From the NCBI GenBank assembly GCA_964016885.1, contig OZ024766.1, positions 5,828,001 through 5,892,000 on the forward strand: a stretch of 64,000 bases of DNA. Reading direction: 5' to 3'. The notes beneath the pieces were generated by a model. The model was not told the DNA's origin and ran no database searches. It saw nothing but the letters and a program-made list of their open reading frames with translations. The stretch's first letter is position 1. Each line of letters opens with the position of its first letter. This DNA is from Eledone cirrhosa. Taxonomy: Eukaryota. The translations under genes were made by a program, and so were the position numbers. This document shows positions 53,752-64,000 of this stretch, piece after piece.

Positions 53752-54057
53752 CATATATAAACACACACATATCTATTTATATATGTAAGTAGGGGTCCTT
53801 CACCCCCAGCAGTTTAACCGCACGATCGGGTGTCCAGCCCGACTATTTCTATGTCCCCGCGCATACACAAGCACCCACATATATACACATATACATACAT
53901 ACATATGTACATGTGTATATACATATTTACATACTTTTGGATGGCCGTTCACTCTTATGAGTTCTTCTGCCTACATATATACATACTATCCAAGGAAAAC
54001 GTGAACCGTTAAGGTATATTTTCCTTGGTTATGTCAAAATTTATAAAACACACTTCG

Positions 54058-54118
54058 TATTTTATCTGATGAGAGCGTACCAAAGTTTTGGTACCCTTGA
54101 AATATATATAATAGAATA
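54058..54118 (+). ncRNA. type I hammerhead ribozyme motif
   Basis: TATTTTAT-CTGATGA-stem II (GTACCAAA/TTTGGTAC)-GAA-ATATATAT-A-ATAGAATA. Confidence 0.75.
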
Positions 54119-54354
54119 AATGTGGTTTTATAAATATAGTTTCCATTTATTTAATATCATTGAGTACACACATACATATATATGTATGTGTGTATATACC
54201 ACACATACACACACATTAACACATATATTCTCTTTTACTCTTTTACCTGTTTCAGCCATCTGGCTGAGGCCATGCTGGGGGAACAGCTCTTGTTGCTACC
54301 CCTTCTATCAACAGTACCACACACACATCAACACACATACATATATATATATAT

Positions 54355-55060
54355 GTGCAATGTCAATGTGTGTGAATGACCAAGCATAGACGAGTTGAGA
54401 GAGAAACTGTGTATAAGAGGGATAAGTTGTAGTGTGCGGGAGAGAAGACTGAGATGGTATGGACATGTGATGTGTTGAGAGAGAAACTGTGTAAAAGAGG
54501 GATAAGTTGTAGTGTTTGGGGGAGAAGACTGAGATGGTATGGACATGTGATGTGTTGAGAGAGGAACTGTGTATAAGAGGGATAAGTTGTAGTGTGTGGG
54601 GGAGAAGACTGAGATGGTATGGACATGTGATGTGTTGAGAGAGAAACTGTGTATAAGAGAGATAAGTTGTAGTGTGTGGGGGAGAAGACTGAAATGGTAT
54701 GGACATGTGATGTGTTGAGAGAGAAACTGTGTATAAGAGGGATAAGTTGTAGTGTGCGGGAGAGAAGACTGAGATGGTATGGACATGTGATGTGTTGAGA
54801 GAGGAACTGTGTATAAGAGGGATAAGTTGTAGTGTGTGGGAGAGAAGGCTGAGATGGTATGGACATGTGATGCACTTGGAGGATGACTGCTGGGTAAAGA
54901 AGTGCCAAGAAATCCCAGTGGAAGGAAGACGCAGTTGAGGAAGACCACGAAAAACATGGATGGAGGTGGTCAGAGCAGACCTCAGATTGCTGAAGCTCAC
55001 GGAGGAGATGACGAAGGACCGTGACAAGTTGAGAGATGCTGTGCAGACGTATGATGATGA
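54355..55060 (+). mobile_element. RTE LINE 3' fragment (diverged subfamily) with a 60-bp array (~8 copies)
   Basis: Unit tgttgagagagaaactgtgtataagagggataagttgtagtgtg..gagatggtatggacatgtgatg, followed by GRPRKTW-coding sequence. Confidence 0.9.
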
Positions 55061-55068
55061 TATACTTA

Positions 55069-55200
<132 letters not shown>

Positions 55201-55936
55201 TCACAAGGGGTTACATATATCTAGGGATCACAGTTACGGAGGGTTAGGGTGAAGTTATATAAAATCACAAGTAGTGAATTCCAATAAAAAAAAAAAACTT
55301 GCATTATAATTCTATGTAAGAACCTTTGTTAAGTTATGTTCCAAATACCAACTTAGTAAAGAGATATTTATGTTTTATTACTAAATCTCTCCAAATATAC
55401 TAACGTGACGGTTAAAGTGTTTATATAATCTATTATAATTTTATATAAGAACCTTTGTTAAGTTATGTTCCAAACACCCCTGGTTCTATGATACAAAACT
55501 GTTTGTTTTAAAGTGTTTATCTATCTATCTATCTACTACTAAAACTCTGACCTTGCGTTATGTAATACAGCCAAAAGCGTGCATAATGGGTAAATACTTT
55601 GAAAGCAAGTTGCCTCTGAAATGGGAATACAAATTGAATAAAACAAATTTCGTGAAAATCTGACCCCGGGTTCCCGAGATTCGCGGGTTTGGGGGGGGGG
55701 GGGGGGGGTACCTTCGTAAATAGCCAAAACATTGCATAATGAGAAAATACTCTGAATAAAACAAGTTTGGCGTAAATCGCACATGGACAATATTTTCAAT
55801 TTTCCCCAAAATACCAAGGAATTCGTCTAAATTCAATTTATCTTATTTTATAATGAATATCGAAAGAAATATTAGAGACATATATATATATATATATTTG
55901 TGTGTGTGTGTGCGCGTAACACTACTTAAGTTAGAG

Positions 55937-55993
<57 letters not shown>

Positions 55994-57356
55994 TATAAGT
56001 ATTAATAAAATAGATGTTCTTTTGATCAATTACATTTTATTATACATATTTCGGATGTACAACAGTACGTCCTCATCATTAATGTACTGGGTAAATGTGC
56101 TGGCCTTGTGCCTAAAGTAGAAACAATTATTAATACTTATATTTTAATATTAATAACTCCAGAAAAATATTTTTCCCGTTGAGTGCTTCCAATCTACTGT
56201 AAAACTCATTCTTTGACATAATCATTGAATATTGTTTAACAATTTAATATATATATATATATATTTGTGTGTGTCTATGTAGGATAACTTCGTAATTAGC
56301 CAAAAAAAAAAAACGGTGCATAATGGAGAAATAGCCCTGTAAGTGATTATAACCCTGAAATGGGGGATAAAACAAGTTTGACGTAAATCGACACAAACTA
56401 TTTTCATCCTTCGAGAAATCTTTTTAATAATTATTAAAAATGATTTTTCAATGATTTCTCAGTGAATATTGTTTCAAAACTGCAAGTTGTTTCTACTTCA
56501 AGTATCTATATTTCAGCTTTCTTTTAAACAGACGATAAGTTTAATTAGACGATATTAAGTGAATATGACTGAAAAATACCAGTTGCTGTTAAAAAGTAGG
56601 TGTTTATATTTTTTTGCTTTTGTTAAAAGATTTAGAAATATTTTAAATTGAATTTGATTTCAACAATAGCTTTATTTGCATAGATAATATCTTCATTTTT
56701 TTTTTTTTATTATTTTCGAGTGAATACGATGGAAAAAAAATATTTCTTGGCATATTTAAAAAATATTCTTAAATGAAAATGACTTAAAAAATACAAATTA
56801 TTTGTACACTGAGTATATATATATATATATATAGATATATATTTCAGCTTTCTTTAAACAGAATATTTTAATTATTAATAAGTATTTTTTAAGTGAATAT
56901 GATTTGAAAAATACGAGTTGGTTAAACAGATTGTTTTAGGTTTATTTCCGTCAGTTTAAATATCATGGGTTAGGGGGTAATCTTTCGTTTTAGGTACGTA
57001 AATAAAAAAAAAATACAGATAAACTAATATTTATTTCAAAAGAAGCGAAATCTCACAAAGGATAATAACCCTAACCAGAGACGTCTCAACGCATGGACAC
57101 GCTGAGCAGTTGCCCGGGGGCCCCATTTGTGTTTTTATTCCTGTGAGTGGTTGTGTAGGTCGGGGCCCTACCTAGTGCTCTGCATTGCCCGGAGGCCTAT
57201 AATGCTGTTAAGACTGACCCTAACCCTAACCCATGATATTTAAACTGACGGAAACCGAAACTTAGTCAAATTTAAACATATTCGCAATTTTACTTTACAT
57301 ACCTAAAACGAAAGACTGCCCAATATTTTCTTCTTTTTTTTTTAAATCATTATTTA

Positions 57357-57488
57357 GAAATATTTCTAAATAATTGTTTCTACTTTAGGCACAAGGCCAG
57401 CAATTACCCAGTGCATTACTGGTACTTTATGCACTGGGTAATTGCTGGCCTTGTGCCTAAAGTAGAAACAATTATTTAGAAATATTTG
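57357..57488. repeat. palindrome made of two SINE B 3' ends
   Basis: aattgtttctactttaggcacaaggccagcaattacccagtgcat / atgcactgggtaattgctggccttgtgcctaaagtagaaacaatt. Confidence 0.88.
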
Positions 57489-57624
57489 TTGAGGTAATGG
57501 GACTCTTTTCTAAGGTGAATACGATTTTCGATTCTTAAATAATGCCTCGACGAGGAAGAAAGAAAACGGCATTGATTTGTTTTTGTCTGTCAAAAGTGAA
57601 AGTTTGCGTCGCAGCAAACGGTGA

Positions 57625-58685
57625 ACCCCGCCAATAGTCCCTCCTGTCGTTTATATCCGTAAAGGGAAACCACAATATTTTTCTAATCTGTTCAATTTCT
57701 TTTCTTCTCTGTATGTTTAGCTCGTCCCTAACCCTAACCCCCAAAACTAACCCCGCCTATAGTCCCTCCGGTCGTTTATATCCGTAAAGGGAAACCACAA
57801 TATTTTTTATTCTCTGTATGTTTAGCTCGTCCCTAACCCCCAAAACTAACCCCGCCTATAGTCCCTCCCATCGTTTATATCCGTAAAGGGAAACCACAAT
57901 ATTTTTCTTCTCTGTTCAATTTTTTTTATTCTCTGTATGTTTAGCTCGTCCCTAACCCTAACCCCAAAACTAAGCCTGCCTATAGTCCCTCCCATCGTTT
58001 ATATCCGTAAAGGGAAACCACAATATTTTTCTTCTCTGTTCAATTTTTTTTATTCTCTGTATGTTTAGCTCGTCCCTAACCCTAACCCCAAAACTAAGCC
58101 TGCCTATAGTCCCTCCCATCGTTTATATCCGTAAAGGGAAACCACAATATATTTCTTCTCTGTTCAATTTTTTTTATTCTATGTATGTTTAGCTCGTCCC
58201 TAACCCTAACCCCTAACCCCCAAAACTAACCCTGACCCCTAACCCCAAAACTAAGCCTGCCTATAGTCCCTCCCATCGTTTATATCTGTAAAGTGAAACC
58301 ACAATATATTTCTTCTCTGTTCAATTTTTTTATTCTATGTATGTTTAGCTCGTCCCTAACCCTAACCCCTAACCCCCAAAACTAACCCTGACCCCTAACC
58401 CCAAAACTAAGCCTGCCTATAGTCCCTCCCATCGTTTATATCTGTAAAGTGAAACCACAATATATTTCTTCTCTGTTCAATTTTTTTTATTCTATGTATG
58501 TTTAGCTCGTCCCTAACCCTAACCCCTAACCCCCAAAACTAACCCTGACCCCTAACCCCAAAACTAAGCCTGCCTATAGTCCCTCCCATCGTTTATATCT
58601 GTAAAGTGAAACCACAATATATTTCTTCTCTGTTCAATTTTTTTTATTCTCTGTATGCTTAGCTCAACCCCAACCCTAACCCTAA
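57625..58685. repeat. ~105-150 bp tandem array containing CCCTAA telomere-like motifs
   Basis: Unit gcctatagtccctcccatcgtttatatccgtaaagggaaaccacaatat..ttagctcgtccctaaccctaacccc, ~8 copies. Confidence 0.88.
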
Positions 58686-59148
58686 AAATGTTGTCATCAA
58701 AAGCATTCTTTTGAACAAACTGTAACAGCGTAAATATGAGAAAATGTTGATTCTGACGTCAGAAAATGAAAGGAAAAGGAAAAACTAAAACAAGAATAAT
58801 TTCTTTCAAATTTTTGTAAATAAAACCAGTTTTTCATTAACATTGCAACTTTTTAAGCAGAAAAACATCTTTCAGAACAAACAGTCAAGCATCCATAGAG
58901 ACATAGAAAAAAGAATTTTGAAGTGGAGTGATTGGATATTAGTGGAAAAATGATTTGATATTTTCTTTGTGAAAATACTTGTGAATAATACAGTGAAAAG
59001 ACAAGTTTCACGTAAATCGGACCATGGGTTCCCGAAATACGCGGGTGTTTTTCGGGTACCTTTATAAATAGCCAAATCAGCGCATAATGGGAAAATACTT
59101 TGAAATTAAGGTACCATTGAAATGTGAAATACAAACGCAGATAGTGGT

Positions 59149-59182
<34 letters not shown>

Positions 59183-59465
59183 GGTGGTGGTGTTGAATGA
59201 AATTATAACAGGTGACTTCAAAGAATCGAATACAGCATTACTGTATCTAGCTTGAATTTGGTGACTGAATATTAACCCTAGATTGACAGTATCGGTAGAG
59301 GGTCGGACGCCATGCTGTGCAGCAAAGAGTTACGTGCCTTTGCGGACTGAGTTCAAATCCTGCCGAGGTTAACTTTGCCTTTCATCCTTACGGGGTCGAT
59401 AAAATAAAGTACCAGTAATACACTGGGATAATTTCTGGCCTTGTGCCAAAAGTAGAAACAATTAT

Positions 59466-60394
59466 TTTATATATACTATTGTATTTTCACAGTAAAGGTT
59501 TTACCTCACATAATATCTCCCATAACATTTACATTACTCTATATATACTATTGTATTGTCACAGTAAAGGCTTTACCTCACATAACATTTACATTACTCT
59601 ATATATACTATTGTATTTTCACAGTAAAGGCTTTACCTCACATAACATTTACATTACTCTATATATACTATTGTATTTTCACAGTAAAGGTTTTACCTCA
59701 CATAATATCTCCCATAACATTTACATTACTCTATATATACTATTGTATTTTCACAGTAAAGGTTTTACCTCACATAATATCTCCCATAACATTTACATTA
59801 CTCTATATATACTATTGTATTGTCACAGTAAAGGCTTTACCTCACATAATATCTCACATAACATTTACATTACTCTATATATACTATTGTATTTTCACAG
59901 TAAAGGCTTTACCTCACATAATACCTCACATAACATTTACATTACTCTATATATACTATTATATTTTCACAGTAAAGGCTTTACCTCAAATAATATCTCA
60001 CATAACATTTACATTACTCTATATATACTATTATATTTTCACAGTAAAGGCTTTACCTCACATAATATCTCCCATAACATTTACATTACTCTATATATAC
60101 TATTGTATTGTCACAGTAAAGGCTTTACCTCACATAATATCTCACATAACATTTACATTACTCTATATATACTATTATATTTTCACAGTAAAGGCTTTAC
60201 CTCACATAACATTTACATTACTCAATATATACTATTGTATTTTCACAGTAAAGGCTTTACCTCACATAATATCTCACATAACATTTACATTACTCTATAT
60301 ATACTATTGTATTGTCATAGTAAAGGCTTTACCTCACATAACATTTACATTACTCTATATATACTATTGTATTTTCACAGTAAAGGCTTTACCT
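59466..60394. repeat. second array of the same 60/72-bp satellite
   Basis: Same unit and orientation as 28094-29765. Confidence 0.92.
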
Positions 60395-60552
60395 TACTGT
60401 TTTAAAGTGTTTATATTTATCTAAAAACCTTCCATCATAATTTTATATAAGAAACTTTGTTAAGTTATGTTCCAAACACTCCTGGTTCTATGACAAATAT
60501 GGTAACAAAGGGGTTAATAACGAGAAAGTTAGTTACATTTCTAAATTCCTTA

Positions 60553-60813
<261 letters not shown>

Positions 60814-61262
60814 TTATTATCATCATTATTATTATTATTACTGGGTAACACCGGGTATTCTTACAGCATGTGTATATATATATATAGGAAACAGCCACTG
60901 GTCTGTTGGAGATGCAAGACATGGCAGCAATAATGAGGGACCGCTGGAGAGAACTCGACCATGGATCTCGGGAATTTTACCCGCCCTAGAATATAGGAAA
61001 ATGTATGACCCCGACGGCAGAGCTCAAGCCGTTCCGACGTCTATTTCTGGAATAGCCGTCGAAATGGCTCGAGCTCTGCCGTCGGGGTCATACATTTTCC
61101 TATTACCCACTCTACTACCCTAAGTATTGAGTACTCTGGTGCGTTATGGTCCATCTGGTTCCTCACCACAACTCATTCGTTATATATATATATATATTTA
61201 ATGGGTAACACCGGGTATTCTTACTGAATATATATATATATAAGTGTATGGATATATACTCA

Positions 61263-61454
<192 letters not shown>

Positions 61455-61480
61455 TTATATCCAGTTGTATATATATATAT

Positions 61481-61611
61481 AGTTATACTTGGGGAGGGTC
61501 ATATTGTTGTAATAATATTGCCAGAAATAATAACTGAACACACTCACTGTTTGGTTGGTTTTCACTTCTGTATCTTTTATATCTCCATAGTTAATTTATT
61601 TGGCAATCAAT

Positions 61612-61651
<40 letters not shown>

Positions 61652-61943
61652 ATACTTGGGGAGGGTCATATTGTTGTAATAATATTGCTAGAAATAATAA
61701 CAGAACACACTCACTGTTTGGTTGGTTTTCACTTCTGTATCTTTTATATCTCCATAGTTAATTTATTTGGCAATCAATGTTTATATATATATATATATAT
61801 ATTGTTATACTTGGGAGGCAAATAAATTAACTATGGAGATATAAAAGATACAGAAGCGAAAACCAACCAAACAGTGAGTGTGTTCTGTTATTATTTCTGG
61901 CAATATTATTACAACAATATGACCCTCCCCAAGTATAACAATA
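61481..61943. repeat. ~140-bp unit arranged direct-direct-inverted
   Basis: gttatacttggggagggtcatattgttg.. at 61482 and 61649; reverse complement at 61818-61943. Confidence 0.85.
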
Positions 61944-62998
61944 TTTGTTTCGACACACGATCTCATATCAAAAACCTTGCAAGCCAAATATATATATATA
62001 TATATATATATATGCAAAAGTTCTATTTAAAGTTGTTGGGATACAACAAGTAAATATTTTTATAACTGATATAAAGCACTCGACAAATTTTTGGAGTAGA
62101 TACTTCTTATAGAATCTTCAGATATGACACACCTTAATAGAAGGTAATCATCCTGATATATACACCTCTAGTACTTCTTAATAGACGACACTGTAACCTA
62201 TATATAAGTAACATAATCTAGAAATTAGTTATAACAGCATATGATAGGCACTTATTTGAAACACCATTAATGTAATTTAGGATAATAAATTTAACTAAGA
62301 AAACCAGCTAGTTACCTCCCCTTACGCATTACCTCCCCTTGGTCACACACACACACTTCCAGGATATAATATCACACAAAACTAAACAACATGATCTATT
62401 AATTAAGAATCGACGAGATATGGTTTATAACTTGGTTATATGCTGAACCATCGTGGATTATATGATAGACCCGTGGTCTATATATTGCGTCTCATGGACC
62501 ATGTGAGTGGTGGTGTGTGCGAAGACAGTGGTACTGTTTTGCCTACGATATAATATGTTTTATAATATGTTTGATATTTTTGATATTTTGGTGTTTCTCT
62601 ACATTCGGGACTGTATATCATACAGGTGTATGCGAAAAAATGATTTAATAATTCAGCCCACATAATAATAATAATATCGATTGCCTGCTTCAACTGCCTA
62701 ACCCTGCAAGTAACAATCTGCCGCACTCTAATCCTGTATAAATAAGACACGCGTGCATGCTACACGAGATTGTTTCATACACTGACTACTCTAAACTTTC
62801 CTCTTGCTTTATCTTCATAAACTGCCAATGCTTTATTTTTATTTTTACTTTTATCTTTATCCTTTAACCTTTATATGTAAATTGCCATGCTATATCATTT
62901 TGATGGATGTCATCCCACTGTGGGTCAATATGTGCATATGTTTTTATATGTCTCTTGTGTTGAAAAGGAGGTCAAGTATGTTATAGATCACTAAATAG

Positions 62999-63047
62999 TT
63001 GCTCCGAAGAATCCAAACCTCGGTTTGGAGGAAACAATTGTAAGCAA
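62999..63047 (+). ncRNA. hammerhead-like motif with variant core CCGAAGA; also at 47793-47841(+), 52270-52316(+), 3846-3893(-), mutated at 47705-47753(-)
   Basis: TTGCT-CCGAAGA-A-TCCAAACC/GGTTTGGA-G-GAA-ACAATTGT-A-AGCAA: stem I, 8-bp stem II, palindromic stem III and GUA triplet. Confidence 0.6.
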
Positions 63048-63078
63048 ATAACTGATTTAAACTGAACTTTGATTATTG

Positions 63079-63119
<41 letters not shown>

Positions 63120-63151
63120 AATATACACATGAGATATAGAGGAAGAGTATA

Positions 63152-63322
63152 CAGGTAAAATTCTGTTATAAAGAATTTTTCAGTATAACAAAATTTGTTC
63201 AATCCCTGAGGTAAGAACAAACAAACCCTTGATTTGTTTTGGCCAATCTCGTTATAAAGAATTTTTCATTACAACAAATTTTTTTTATGCTCTGTGAATT
63301 TCGTTATAACATAATTTCACTG
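63152..63322. mobile_element. small Tc1/Tigger-type MITE
   Basis: TA-CAGGTAAAATTCTGTTATAA..TTATAACATAATTTCACTG-TA imperfect TIRs. Confidence 0.55.
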
Positions 63323-63349
63323 TATTTTCCCTTTATTCAGTATACATAC

Positions 63350-63421
63350 CTTTACAGCTTCTAAAATATTTCTTTCTGCTCTCGTATGAGCTGTGTCTTT
63401 AGCATTGCGAGCTATGGTGGC
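63350..63421 (-). CDS. RPS6KB1: S6K exon (ATIARNAKDTAHTRAERNILEAVK, alphaC helix)
   Basis: ttttcag acceptor and gtatgt donor; 72 nt; matches the S6K signature RNAKDTAHT(K/R)AERNILE. Confidence 0.95.
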
Positions 63422-63872
63422 CTGAAAAATATCACAGAGAGAGAGATAGAAAGCACTGAGGAGACTTGAATATAAACCAAACCCCAACTCCCTATCATCA
63501 TCATAATTTTACGTCTGCTTTTCCCTGCTTGCAAGGGTGGGACGGGAACTGATTCTGGCTTGATTTCTACAGCTGGATGCCCTTCCTAACACCAACCTCA
63601 TTTACAGATAAATTACAAAAAATAATATTTTGCAATTTTTCATGCATTACATTTTACATTGAGTAATATTGAAATGTAGAGTTTTTCTCCATAAATTATA
63701 TCACTGATTTAAAATCAATCATCATTTTCTTACAAAAAAAAATGTATGAAACGCAGCAAGGTGCAGGTAATTTGACTAGTTAGAATATAAGCTGACCTCT
63801 TATTTAAGGTCTGAGAAATGCAAAGAAAGAAAGGTACAAAAAAAAAACAAAAATCAATGAACGCCGACAAAC

Positions 63873-63941
63873 CTTTTTCAAGACCTTCATAGCAAAAATC
63901 TGACTTTTGTCATCCCCTGAGACTTTGCGAACCTGGAAAAC
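63873..63941 (-). CDS. RPS6KB1: p70 S6 kinase coding exon (first visible; subdomain I-II, VFQVRKVSGDDKSQIFAMKVLKK)
   Basis: Manual translation between an ag acceptor (63942-63943) and gt donor (63871-63872). Contains the FAMKVLKK ATP-binding lysine motif typical of S6K; 69 nt, phase 0/0. Upstream exons lie beyond the window. Confidence 0.93.
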
Positions 63942-64000
63942 CTGTCATAAAAAGAAAAGAAAAGTCTTTTTGAAAAATAGTGACATAAATATTGAATTAA

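Overview
Eukaryotic genomic DNA that is very rich in repeats and microsatellites. The SINE/LINE repertoire and (TA)n/(GA)n density suggest an octopod cephalopod, but that is inference. Two spliced protein-coding genes lie on the minus strand. The first is the 3' ~32 kb of a p70 ribosomal protein S6 kinase gene (RPS6KB-like), with 12 coding exons from 63941 to the stop at 31449; its 5' exons are outside the window. The second is a complete 4-exon PDCD2 gene (16469/16490 to 6678) with an unusual N-terminal His/Cys/Asp repeat extension. The remainder is a DD37D (maT) mariner derivative, MITEs, two tRNA-derived SINE families, RTE and CR1 LINE fragments, and many tandem arrays, most built from retroelement pieces. 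Most notable observations: (a) two extra short phase-0 candidate exons in the S6K gene that resemble the kinase subdomain XI exon, all ending PIK|gt, suggesting an exon-duplication or mutually exclusive splicing cassette; (b) roughly a dozen minimal type I hammerhead-ribozyme motifs of the Penelope-like-element kind, with palindromic stem III, a CCGAAGA core-variant family, fold-back arrangements and a bias to the strand antisense to the host pre-mRNA; (c) repeated independent birth of satellites from the same RTE 'LRWxGHVxRM' segment. Nearly all long ORFs in the supplied track are repeat artefacts.
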